Source of the DNA: Oculina patagonica
Taxonomy: Eukaryota
Direction of reading: 5' to 3'
Assembly (NCBI RefSeq): GCF_052425735.1
Contig: NC_135769.1
Location: 26,226,001-26,290,000, forward strand
DNA length: 64,000 nt
How positions within the stretch are numbered: position 1 is the stretch's first letter; each line of letters starts with the position of its first letter. The notes under the pieces were generated by a model, which was given only the letters and a program-made list of their open reading frames with translations, did not search any database and was not told the DNA's origin. The translations under genes and the position numbers were made by a program. Shown here in pieces: positions 22,399 through 34,415 of the stretch.

Positions 22399-25208
22399 AA
22401 GCGATGACGTAGTCGAGCTTTATGCCCTTGGAAATGTTCTGTCGTTCTCGTTCGAACAACCGAATAGGACTGGGAACTAACTACGGGAGAACAAAGATTA
22501 AGTTTAGCACAACAAGAAATCGCCGCGAAGAACACAAAGCAAAATACTCATGGGAAGTTAAAAAGGACTAATAAAAGATATGAACGAAAGAGACAAATTA
22601 TATTTGACAAATTCTATTAGATTCAGTAAACAGACATATGTACAATTGACCTGTGTAAAGGAGAATAATGCGCCAGATAGAAGAAATATGTTGCTTTTGT
22701 TTCGGGGTTACTGCCCCTTCTTCTGTGAAATAAATTGAAATGCAAGTTGATTTTTTCCACCAAAGAAGGGACAGAAACCCCGAAACGTATGGAACATATT
22801 TCTTTTATCTGGCGCCATGTTCACCATTTAAAACCAGCATATAAAATCACTGTTTATATGCGCTACGCAGTCGCTCGAAATTATACAATGGGTCTGTGTG
22901 GTCCGGTCAGAGACAGAACTTGACCTTGCATGTCCGGTCGCTCGCGAAAGGTATCGTGTATCGTAGATTTGATGTCACGCTATAAGGTAACGCAACTAGA
23001 ATAAAACGCATAGCTTGAAGAAAGTTTTCATTTTTTAGGCGGTGACGCACGCCTATATGTTGTCGCCCGTGGACGGGCAATGTTACGATTACTCCAACCG
23101 AGTAGCACTGGGAACTATGCACTTTGATTGTTTACTCAGTTTCGGTACGCCATCTTTGATTGTCATGAGTATAAATCATGCAAAAGGCATTTGATTTCTA
23201 CAGTGGAACGGAGGTATGGGGTCAGGAGAGAATGATGTACTGGATAATTGTGAGCTCGCTTACAGAACTTTTTAACCGTTGTATGTGTATTCATCAAAAT
23301 CGGCATACGCGATAAGAATTTGACGAGTGAAAGCCGTTTAGTGTCATAACTTTTGAGACCGTTCCAGTTTAAAAAGGCCGGCCAACCGATAGCAGTAATA
23401 ATCTTGATTAGATTGCAAAGGTGAGCTATCTGCTCTTTGTTTGTTTTGGCGTGCATTGTTATCGATAATAATGTAAGTTTAGGCAGTTTAGGTTAATGTT
23501 ATTTCCCCTTTCCTTCGCGACTCGCCATTCTTTTTTCTGTTTTATCTCAAGCCATTAAAAACAAAACAGTGACGGTATCCGTATTCCTATTTGTATGAGA
23601 AGCCAGAATTCGAAAAGAATTTCTACCCAATTGCTGATTTAGCTGATCTAAAATGTTTTGTTTGATAAGTTGCATAAATACATGTAAGTGATTCTTGTTA
23701 GCGGTGTTGACTTGATTACATTTCAATACGAAAAAATGTCACACAATCTTCAGTATCGACTTTGTGTGGAAATCAATCCTGGGCCTTTCTGTTGCCAAAT
23801 AATGAAGTTCATAATAATTAAATGTGCTTATTTTATTATAATGTACGTATGAAATGTATTGAAAGTTCGTTTTGTAGTTAAAGCAAATCAAAAATTAAAA
23901 TAAATAAAAAAATGCAATTTCTGGGATCAACATTGTAAAGCTTCATCGCCTGTGCATGCATGTATGCGTGCCGGTTATCTAACGAGGTGCAATAAGCACA
24001 CAATCGTTACAAATGGAAAAATGTATGGTGCAAAGATAATATAAGCAGTGACCGAAAAGTACCCGTAAAGCGAGGTAAACTTTGTATGAGAGCGTTTCAC
24101 TTGGTTCACAGTAGAAAGTGTCTGTTGTCCGTTATTACAGGTTGCTAATGGGGGTACCCAATTGTCAGTTAACTACTAATTTTTAGGCCAATTGTCAGTT
24201 AACTACTAATTTTAGTTATCTAGTAACTTTCATTTTCTTACAGCGAAAATTATTGCGCCATAACCTGGATTTTCTTTACTTCAGCACGTCAGTGATAAAA
24301 AATAGAATGACAGGCATGCACGACTCTCGTGCACGTGTATTAGCCATTTTCGATTCATAGTTTCGGTCTCACGAGTATATCTTTGAGATACCTACATCTG
24401 TAAGCAGCATGCAGTCTTAAGGCCTCACCTTTGATGAACTCCCGGGGGTTGACACGAGGAGTAATAAGTATATTGAAATGTTTCAGTGGGCTTGTAATCG
24501 GTGCGTATGTCAAGCACTTATTCGTATAATTTGACCGCCATTTTAGTGCCTATGGCAGCTCGGTGTGTTTGCACTGAGATCAAACTTTTCCGCTTGTCGT
24601 TCGATTTCCATGAATTCAAATCCATCAAATGTTTACAAGCCATGTCCATTGAATTGTGCTTTGCCATGTTAAACGGTGCGCGACCTCTTTGTCGTTCGAT
24701 TGCCGATCGTTTGTCATCATCTCGATAAATACTCAGAATTACTTTGACCACGCCCCACTCGACGCCATCACGGAGATCAACATGTGCCTGGTACGACCCT
24801 GCTACCTTTCGCATGTAAAATCTGTTAATATTTCACCTGGTAACACAGCGGGACAGGTAAATGTCACAAAAATAGCCTTCCTATCAGGAAAAACTTGGGA
24901 TTTTTATTGACAACAACAATCGTATTCAGAAAAGTTAATAGAATGTCAGTTAACTGTTAACGTTTCATTTATCAGTTAACTACTAATTTATTGGCCAAAT
25001 ACTACTATTTTTTTGGCCAATTGTCAGTTAACTGTTAACCCCATTAGCACCCTCTTATTAGCGTAATGTTAGAGAAAATGTATGGACAAACAAAACTGTT
25101 CGTATTAAGTGGGTGCCGTAAAGCGGTGTTCCACTGAACTTTAATTTACGTTAATTTTTGACAAATTTCCTAAAAATATATAAAACCCTTAGTAAAACGT
25201 CATCGCTT
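22399..25208. mobile_element. TIR element (AAGCGATGACGT / ACGTCATCGCTT) hosting two further nested elements
   Basis: 12-bp IR; the block is absent from the paralogous K1 upstream sequence (1580-1700 is contiguous). Contains a CAGTGGAAC...GTTCCACTG Tc1/pogo-like element at 23201-25136. Confidence 0.65.
24138..25054. mobile_element. Innermost TIR element with subterminal repeats
   Basis: caggttgctaatgggg / ccccattagcaccctc ends; TTATTA direct repeat at 24132-24137 and 25055-25060; caattgtcagttaact repeats near both ends. Confidence 0.7.
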
Positions 25209-25924
25209 TTGCATGCATTGCGTGCCATTTTTTAAAAAAGGTTTTCCTTATATCTTGTGACATTTCTGTTCATTTACAAGCTAAATCAAACTATTCAAAC
25301 TAGCATTGTGAACAAAAAACCAAATGGAAAAACCGAAAACCACAACAAATACCAAATCCGAAAAAGCGCTTGAATTTTTGCCGAAAACCGAAAACCAAAT
25401 GCCATATAAAGAAGAAAAACCTACAATCTGCATAAAACACCAAAACGGAAAAACCGCAATTTTAAGGGGCGAAAACTGAGAAACCGATCTAAAAGCGTGA
25501 AAGCGTTCGCAACCAAAACAAGAGCCAACATTTCTTTCTCTGATGGCACTACGTTTGTGAAAACTATCCAGGTTTTTTAAAACCTGTCAGATGTTAAAAC
25601 ATCTTACGCCATGTAAAAGTATCTTGTCGATATATTAGCGTCTTACGAACAAGACCAAAGGTCATGACAGATCAGTTCCAATGTGCACGCGTGCGGTCAC
25701 GCATACCTTCCTAACGTGAAAATGAGCATGTTCCGCATTGACGAATTTTCAGTGACGTCTTCGTGCTATAAAAGGACACACTCTATTACTCATGCCATGT
25801 TATTTTGGCGGTTGAAGAGTATTTTTGTTCACCGGCGTGTTTTTTTGCACACAGCTCTGTGTAGTGGCAAAGCCATGAACGTTTTCATCACAAGACTGAG
25901 AGCAAAGATCATTTTGGCATAAAG

Positions 25925-28447
25925 ATGGCAACTTTGCTTAAACCTGCTACTGAGCATGCTTCTCCAAGTAAAGATGCTTTCAGTGAAGTCAATGAAGTCT
26001 TTATGCCCAAAGACACACTCGATCAGCCATGCAACGTTGTTTTGGTAGTCAAAGATGGCAAAGAATTCAAAGCTCACAGACAAGTTCTTTCAGAGGCAAG
26101 TCCTTTCTTCGAAAAGCTGCTCAACAGCGACATGAAAGAGTCAAAAGAGGGAATAGTTCGGTTGGAGACGTTCTCCGAGTCCGTTGTGGGAAATACACTG
26201 GAGTTTATCTACAACGGTAATGTTCAGATATTAACTGAAGACAATGCCCGAGATCTGATCGTCATGGCCGATTATTTATTTGTTAAAAACTTAAAAACTC
26301 TCGCTGAGGAAGTTTTAGTACAGAAGTTAAACACTTCAAATTGCATTTCTATTCACTACTTTTCCGAAAGATATCAGTGCACAGAACTTTTCTCCAACGC
26401 CACAAAATTCATCCTGGCCAATTTCAGCGCCGTATACGCAGCCAGCCGCGAAGAAATTCTGAATATGTCGAGTAAAGAGATCCAAATGTGGATTTCAAGT
26501 GATGAAATAAATGTTACCGCCGAAGAAGACGTGTTCAACATCATTCTAGCATGGATTGATCATGGCACACGTAAGCGCAAGAAATACTTCCCCGAGTTAT
26601 TTCGTCAAGTTCGACTGGTTTATGTATCGCGTGACTTTCTATGGAGTAATATCGCGACAAATGACCTTGTGAACGACGATGAGGACTGTTTGAGTCTTGT
26701 GGAAGACGCTATGAGGTTGATTGAGTCTAGAAACTACGACAATCTTCCTGTCACCCCTAGAAAGTGCCTTTGGGTCCCCGTTATAGTAGCCTGTAGGCCA
26801 TTCAAGGGTCATCCTATTCACTGTTATTTTCCTCGTGAGGATTGGTGTGGCACTTTAGGCGAGATGTCATTTGATTTCGTGAATAGCCATCTTATCTCTT
26901 GTCATGGTAAAATATACGGTTTAAGACCGGGATCCTCTCTCGACCGATGCGAAATGGCGAGTTTCGATCCATACTCTAAATATTGGATGCCATTACAATG
27001 CAAAGAAGACAGAGTCTTGGAGCAAATATTTGTTGTGAATGAAAATGAAATGTGCGCTTTGGTATCTGAACCATGTGCGTACCACGCAGTGAGAGAATGG
27101 ACAGCGGCGGCGAGAGATCTGTTTGATCTAATGATAGAGTTCTGCGACAAGGAAAAACATGTTTCCTTTATCACGAAGTACAAACCGGAATCAAACTCAT
27201 GGGAAGAAATTTCATCTTTTGATCACATGAATTTAAGGGAAAATGTCTGCATTGTAGTCAATGACAATTTTGTTTACTTTATTGGCGGTGCAGTATATCG
27301 TCACAGTGGCTGGGGTTCAAGATACAGCTACCTGACTGATGTTGAGAGGTATGATCTTTGCAAAAACCGGTGGGATAAAGTAGCTGACATTCACATAGAT
27401 GCAAGGAATCATATAACCGGTGCTGCGGCCCATGAAAAAATTTTCATTGCTGACGGCCTTTTCTGTGAAGTGTTTATTGAAACAACAAATGAATGGCAAT
27501 TTGTTTCAACGCCTGATGTTTTTAATCTTAACGCGGAATGCAGACTTCTGTCAATTGACGACAGGCTGTATATGTTGGCCAAAGTGGTAAACTTTAAAGT
27601 TTATGAAGGAAAAGTTCAACACCGGATAAAGGTCGAGTGCTATGACCCTGACAAAAATGAATGGAGCCAGAAAACTGAAATACCTATCACCTACGTGGAT
27701 TTCTTTTATTACAATTGGACCTATTGTTCAATAAACCTTTTCAAAGGATTCCTTAATAATGAACCAGAGAAAGAGGACACGCGGGAAACGAAATCTCCTT
27801 CCGCCCAATCTTCGCGCAGCTTGTCCTCGTTGCGCTTACAAGCAGAGAATACAAAACAGGCAGAAATGACATCTCCTTCCGCCCATTCTTTGCGCGACTT
27901 GTTTTCGTTGCGCTTACAAGCAGAGAATTCAAAACAGGCGGAAATAACATCTCCTTCCGCCCAATCTTCGCGCGATTTGTCTTCGTTGCGCTTACAAGCA
28001 GAGAATACAAAACAGGCGGAAATGACATCTCCTTTCGCCCAATCTCCGCGCGACTTGTCCTCGTTGCGCTTACAAGCAGAGAATACAAAACAGGCAGAAA
28101 TGGCATTTTCTTCCGCCCAATCTTCGCGCGACTTGCCTTCGTTCCGCTTACAAGCAGAGAATTCAAAACAGGCGGAAATGGCATGTCCTTCCGCCCAATC
28201 TTCGCGCGATTTGTCTTCGTTGCGCTTACAAGCAGAGAATACAAAACAGGCGGAAATGACATCTCCTTCTAACCATTCATCGAGCGACTTTTCTTCGTTG
28301 GGCTTACAAGCAGAGAATACAAAACAGGCAGAAATGACATCTCATTCCGTCCAATCTTCGCGCGACTTGTCCTCGTTGCGCTTACAAGCACAGAATACAA
28401 AACAGGCGGAAATGATATCTCCTTCCGCCCAATCCTCGCGCGACTAG
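25925..28447 (+). CDS. K4: intronless BTB-BACK-Kelch protein (840 aa) with ~9 linker repeats; premature TAG removes the CaaX tail (ancestral end 28541)
   Basis: Open ORF; TTG>TAG at 28445 and GGGG insertion at 28464-28467 precede the cryptic KVRRQRKCCKCLIL. Confidence 0.92.
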   Translation: MATLLKPATEHASPSKDAFSEVNEVFMPKDTLDQPCNVVLVVKDGKEFKAHRQVLSEASPFFEKLLNSDMKESKEGIVRLETFSESVVGNTLEFIYNGNVQILTEDNARDLIVMADYLFVKNLKTLAEEVLVQKLNTSNCISIHYFSERYQCTELFSNATKFILANFSAVYAASREEILNMSSKEIQMWISSDEINVTAEEDVFNIILAWIDHGTRKRKKYFPELFRQVRLVYVSRDFLWSNIATNDLVNDDEDCLSLVEDAMRLIESRNYDNLPVTPRKCLWVPVIVACRPFKGHPIHCYFPREDWCGTLGEMSFDFVNSHLISCHGKIYGLRPGSSLDRCEMASFDPYSKYWMPLQCKEDRVLEQIFVVNENEMCALVSEPCAYHAVREWTAAARDLFDLMIEFCDKEKHVSFITKYKPESNSWEEISSFDHMNLRENVCIVVNDNFVYFIGGAVYRHSGWGSRYSYLTDVERYDLCKNRWDKVADIHIDARNHITGAAAHEKIFIADGLFCEVFIETTNEWQFVSTPDVFNLNAECRLLSIDDRLYMLAKVVNFKVYEGKVQHRIKVECYDPDKNEWSQKTEIPITYVDFFYYNWTYCSINLFKGFLNNEPEKEDTRETKSPSAQSSRSLSSLRLQAENTKQAEMTSPSAHSLRDLFSLRLQAENSKQAEITSPSAQSSRDLSSLRLQAENTKQAEMTSPFAQSPRDLSSLRLQAENTKQAEMAFSSAQSSRDLPSFRLQAENSKQAEMACPSAQSSRDLSSLRLQAENTKQAEMTSPSNHSSSDFSSLGLQAENTKQAEMTSHSVQSSRDLSSLRLQAQNTKQAEMISPSAQSSRD

Positions 28448-28490
28448 TCCTCGTTGCGCTTACGGGGAAGCAGAGAATACAAAACAGGCA
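27785..28490 (+). repeat. 78-bp coding minisatellite, 9 copies (K4)
   Basis: Period 78 bp (units start at 27785, 27863, ...). Confidence 0.95.
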
Positions 28491-30178
28491 TCTTTGAAGG
28501 TGCGAAGGCAACGCAAATGCTGCAAATGCTTAATCTTGTGACTACACTGGTAGGCTACGAACAGGAATCCGTATGCATTCCTTGGATTCCCGCCATGCAA
28601 AGGCTGTATCCGTGGTGTAGACACTGACAATCAACGACCACTTTCAGTGAGCTGCGTTCTAATACTGACATGAGGACAAATATGCTGCCCAGTGTGTTAC
28701 AGACTGGTGTGGTATTTCACAGTGAACTGAATACTTTGTGTGAGGCGTTGCAGCCTAACGGTTTTTGCATTGCAGAAAGTGTCCCAAATTCTAGGTTCAA
28801 CCCTAGCTAAAACAAGTCGGCTCTCTTCGTTTGTAGGCGTTTTAGCTTAAGGTGCTTATATTGTGGACCCGGCCTGGAATTTTTCTCAAACTTTACAGAG
28901 ACTAGAACCCAGGCTCGGAAACCCAGAATAAAGACTGCGTTTCAAGAGAGTGAATTGATACCAACAAATTAAATTGTCTCGTTAACCTGTACCTGATGCT
29001 ATAAACTAGCTCCCCATTCTGGGAAGTAATGTTACTCCTAAGTGGTCATCCAATACTACTCTCGGGCCCATGGCACCGACATACTTATTTCAGTTGCATG
29101 ATTAGTACCAACACATTAAATTGTCTCGCTAACTTGTCAACACTCCTGATGCTATCGACTAGCTCCCCATCAAGGGGAGGTAATGTTACTCCTAGATAGG
29201 TGCCTTATACTACTTAACGAGCAAACGGGGTTTTTCCCTTGAAAATAAGTATGATAATAAATATATGCGCTGTACGTAACATCAATTGTAACTCACGTAT
29301 ATACTTCATATTATCTTGTAAAACGCTTCTGTTAGACGTACCTTGTATAGTTTACAGTTACTGTTTGTTGTAAATACTAACACTAACAACGGGCAAACGG
29401 CGCCAACATACCTATTTCAGTAACACGATTAGTGCCAGTACATTAAATTTTCTCGCTAACTTAGCAAAACTTCTGATGCTATCGACTAGCTCTCCCATAC
29501 AAGAGAAGTAGTTTTACTCCTAGGTTGTCGGCAAACACTACTTACTGCAACGGACTCGCTGAGCTATCTATATAGTTATCTCAGTTACTCGATTTGCTTC
29601 ATACAAACCATACATTGACATGTTCAACGAACGTCTCTCCATCCCAAGATGAAACAGACACTTTCGGAGGCCGGGCTTATTCTCTAGCTACGCCCTGTTT
29701 TATATTTTTTTTTTTATTATTTTTACAAGGGACCAAGTTTGGACCTTCAATAGGCGCCAAAAGTGTCGAGACACTCGGCACTTTTTGAGTACCTTCGACA
29801 AATTTTACCCCTCACCCCTTCGATATCACCCCCTCCCCCCCAAAACAATGTTGGATTTGCTATCTGAAAGACTTGCCTCGTTTGTGTACAACATCGAAAA
29901 GGGGGAGGGGGAGTGGTTCACAAGCTGCACAAGATTAAAGGTGGAAAAACGGGAATGTTAATTTAGTATTAATTTCAACCAACTGTCTCAAGGTTTTTGG
30001 GGCCCATTGTTGGTTGTTCATTTTAAAGATTGATGACGTTAACAACAGCAATTCAGAAATATCGAAGTACGTGGCTTGGACGACACAACCATCGCCGAGT
30101 CTGTGGCCAACAACTAAGCAAGTACGACTCAGGACTAGGTGAACGGTCTGGTCGCCAAGTCCGATGAGAACAAGTTTC

Positions 30179-30341
30179 AATAGGCTCGAGCTCCTTTCGA
30201 TGTATTAAAATTCAACTTGCTAGCGAGGCCTACAGGACACAAACAAAAGAAATTTTACAAGCATGTTTATTCATTTCTTTTGTGTGTGTCCTCTAGGCCT
30301 CGCTACCAAGCTGAATTTTAATATATCGAAAGAAGCCTATT
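30179..30341. mobile_element. Hairpin MITE, ~160 bp
   Basis: aataggc..tttcgatgtattaaaattc..tagcgaggccta mirrored by taggcctcgcta..gaattttaatatatcgaaa..gcctatt. Confidence 0.65.
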
Positions 30342-31163
30342 GAACGAAAGCAAATGTAAAGAGATGCGTGTCTACTTTGTTAAGAATGAGGCTAAGTTCG
30401 CTCCTATTGTCATCAACGGGAAGGCTATGATTGGTTTAAGAACAATATCCTAGAGAAAGAGTGGTGCTCTGATTGGCTGTGTTTAAAAAGTATAACTTCC
30501 GGTAGAAGGCTTTCAAAATGGCGACTTGTAAATTAAAAGTAAGAAGAATCCTAATATTGAACTGTGGTGGAGCATGATGACTGTGGGGGGGGGGGGGGGG
30601 GAGGTAATTCTAATCACAGCGAGAACACAAAACAATATCTTTGATTCTATTAGGTTCTACCGTTGGGTAGTTTATAATTATAAAAAAATATGATTATAAT
30701 GTTATTATCCTGTATAAATTGATAAACTGTATATTGTGGTATGGTAGATTTAGTTGACTGCTCTTTGAGTTGAGCCTTTTAAAAGATAAATATGAGTCGT
30801 AACGCAAGGCATCCACAAGACTTGGTTTTCCGGATCCTCTGGTGCAAAATATATTAAATGTATAGAAAAACGTGACCATGTTTTCAATGAGGTGATTTGT
30901 AAATGTACTAACTCCATGAACTGAGCACCCGAAATGTTTTTATCCATACAACTCGTGACTTCCCATAAACTAGCACCTGATGTTTGTCATGTATACACAA
31001 CTTCCGCTCTGACGCGAGGTCAGAGGGTTCGATCTGTCTGGTTTGTTGCTGAAAATAGAATGAAGAGAGGATTATATTTACTTAGACTAAAGTTTCTCGG
31101 AATCACAAACACAATAGACGGGTGTGTTCGATTTCACTGTCGTTTCGCAATCTGTATTTAACG

Positions 31164-33416
31164 ATGGAGTCTCTCTTGAAAAACCTCAAAAAACAAGTTA
31201 CTTGTTCGATCTGTTTGGATACTTATACCAATCCTAAGACAATAACTTGTCTTCATACCTTCTGCTGTGCCTGCTTGGAGAAATGCGCATCAACCAGCCA
31301 AAGACAAGGAAAATTTCGTTGCCCTGACTGTCAGGAAGAAGTTGGCATCCCTGAAGGAAATCGTTTTGATAATTTGCCGACCAGTTTTCTTCACAACAGT
31401 TTGTTGCGTCTTCTCGCTGTTCGACAAAGTGTGTAAATGGTGAGATGGAAGAGAGATCAGTTGCGGTGTTTGTAAGAAAAAGAGCGCTGAGATCAGCTAT
31501 TGCTTTGATTGCGAAAAATTGTTGTGCCCTGACTGTGTAAACGCACATAAAGTGTTCCAAGCTGCAGCCATGGCATTCGAAGGTCACAAAATCACGCCAG
31601 TTAAACAGTTTCAAGCCCAAGACTACGAGGTCCTTCTAAAGCGACAATGTCTTTGCTCTCAGCAGTACCACGAGAAAGAAGTAATGAGGTCCCATTTTCT
31701 GTCTTAGTTTGTCAAACTTGTGTTTGTGAACCCACACACTATTTGCATAAACATGGATCACCAGGATCACAATGTTGATCAGGTGTGAAAAAGCAGCAGA
31801 TAAAGGAAGAAAGCATTATCATTAACATCATGGCGCGCGTTGAGTTGATGAAAGAAAGGAGAAAAGTTTACAGTGATGTGATGCGTCAACTTGAAGAAAC
31901 AGATTCCATGCTGGAAGATAATGTCACCACCGCTATTCGTGAAGTTTCGCAAGCAGCTGAACAAATTATCGCTAAGATTCGAGAAAGCGAGCTGGAGGCC
32001 ATTACCGCCCTCAAGAATACACGCGGATCGAGAACGGAGAAATTAGACTGTGCCAAGGAACAAGTAGAGTCCTCGACCAAGCGGATCGAACAAGCAGTTG
32101 AGTTTGCTATTGACCTGGTTCAAGGAAGCTCAAGCCTAGATTTTATGCAAAGCAAGGGGTATTTGGAACAGCGATTTGAAGAACTTAACAAGACCCCAAT
32201 CCCAGCACTTCCGGTTAGTTCATTTGTGAAGTTTTTCGCCACTGTTACACCTGAGACTTTAAACCTGGGTTTCATAGCGACCAGCGAAACAGATGTACGT
32301 CTGTCTACAGTAGAAGGACTGACTAAAAATTTCCAAGCTGGTTTAGAATCAGAGTTTGTGATCTGTCCTAAAATATCGAAAGAAGAACTAAATAGTGAAG
32401 CTCAACATCAATTTCACGTTGAAGTGCTCGTTGAACCCACTGATAAAGTGCAAAGTTTGATTATTTGTGAAAAAGAAGATGGAAATTTCCAGGTGAAATT
32501 TATACCAAAAGTACCAGGTACCTACAACATCACAGTAAAGATAAATGGCAACAAACTTGCTAACAGTCCTTTCATTGCCCAGGTAAGGGAGCTACGCCTT
32601 GATGTTGTGGGCGAGTTAGATTTAAAAGGAGAAATTCCCCAACAGCCACATGGGATTGCTGTTAATAGGAAAGGGCTGATCGCTGTAGCTGACCGTGCCA
32701 GACACTGCATTTTAACATTTGACAGGGAAGGAAAGTTTGTGCGCAAACTTGGTTGCTATGGAAGGAATCCTGGACAGTTAAACATTCCACAGGGCGTCAC
32801 ATACCTGAATGATGACGAGATTCTAGTGGCCGATGAACTCAATCACCGCATTCAACAGTTCAATGTACAGACAGGGAACTTTGTGAAAAGCTATGGAAAT
32901 TTCGGGACAGGAAAGGGCGAGTTTAAAAATCCATTAAGCGTTTGTATGGATTACGAAGGACATGTTGTTGTAGCCGACCTCTGCAACAACAGAATCCAGG
33001 TGTTAACAAAGAATGGCAAACCTGTGATGAAATTTGAAGACAGCGGCCTAGAAAAACTCAACCATCCCACTGGATGCATTTTTCACAAAAACATGTTCAT
33101 TGTATCTGACAACTTGAACCATTGTTTGAAAGTCTTTGACAGTTCAGGAAAGTTTTTGTACAAGATTGGAGAAGAAGGCAAGGCTGACGGACAGTTCTTC
33201 AATCCCTGGGGTTTTTGTGCTGAGAAGTATGGCAACCGTCGGAATCTTCTTGTATGTGACAGAGACAATGGTCGCATTCAACAGTTTACAGTGGAAGGTT
33301 GTTTTACTGGCAAAACTGTATCTGGTCTACAAGATCCATTATACATAGCTACAACACCAGATGGTCGCATTTTGGTTTCAGATTGCAAAGCGAAAAAAAT
33401 ATATGTGCTAAAATAA
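31164..33416 (+). pseudogene. Intronless TRIM-NHL (TRIM2/3/71-like) E3 ligase with frameshifts
   Basis: RING (CSICLD..CLHTFC..C..CPDC), two B-boxes (CGVC..YCFDCEKLLCPDCVNAH; CSQQYHEKE), coiled coil, filamin repeat (DGNFQVKFIPKVPGTYNITVKING..SPF), NHL repeats (PHGIAV..ADR, NHRIQQF). Frame breaks near 31430, 31690 and 31780. Confidence 0.9.
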
Positions 33417-34337
33417 CTGGCAAAATATGAAAGAGAACGTTGTCGAACGTTAAAATTATGTGAAAAGCAGCTAGTATGTTTCTCACAAAACAAGTGTGAT
33501 AAATCATTACAAACTTCTTTGTTCAATTCAGTAAATTACCTGCAAAGTAGGAAACAAATCTTGTATTCAGAACTTCTCCGTTTCTAGGACGCTTAACTCG
33601 AATATATTTGATTATTTATTGTGTGGCGTCTTTTTGCAATTAGACAAAGAACAATTATTTCCTGTCACCAGCTGCCAAGAGTGTGTGAAGTAGAAAGCCA
33701 TTAGCTGTAAAATTAATTTAGTAAACATATACATACATATTGCTTTAACAAATATTCTAAATATAGAAACTCCAAGAGGTTATTGCCTTGCAGAATAAGA
33801 CTAAATTTTCAAGATTAAAAGGTAGCCGCCCATTCAGAGTGTGTAATAAGTGTTAATTCAGGCTAAAAAAGGGTTATAAGTGTTAATTCCTAAATAAATT
33901 AAACCTCTAAGTTAAAGTTCACATTTCCGTTTATTATTCATTTTTCTACAATAAAAATTTGTTCATATTTATTTTATAGAAAGGAGGTGGTTCAGAAGAG
34001 TAGAAAAAATGAAAGGTCCCGGTACTTAACGGGAAAACGTTGATTTATCTCTCTTGCGAGCTAAGCCGTATAGAAAAAGCCAACATTTTCTTGATGTGCA
34101 CACGCAAATCACGCGTAGAATTATACGCAGTACGGGATGCGCAATGCAATACAGAGGAATTTCCTTAAAACAGGTCTTTATTTGGATTAATATACTCTGA
34201 ATAATCAGCGATTTGTGACACGGCTGCTGCTCGTAATGCCAACGTAACATTATTTATTTTTTATGTTACCTGTTTAGTCGCTTTCTTGCCTCCGCTATAT
34301 TAAAGAAAATAATATATGGCTTGCAGTCTAGAAAGGT

Positions 34338-34415
34338 TAGCCTGCAGAACAGGCGGTTTATTTTTCCTTCGCGCTTCGTGCGACCTGCAAAATAAACCGC
34401 CTATTCTGCAGGCTA
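34338..34415. mobile_element. 78-bp hairpin MITE (TAGCC...GGCTA)
   Basis: TIR tagcctgcagaacaggcggtttattt / aaataaaccgcctattctgcaggcta; TSD agaaaggt/agaaacgt; empty site in the related repeat at ~15990-16015. Confidence 0.75.

Noticed and set aside
27785-28490. CRISPR-like array
   Set aside because: Contiguous 78-bp units without unique spacers, in frame within a eukaryotic CDS; no cas genes.
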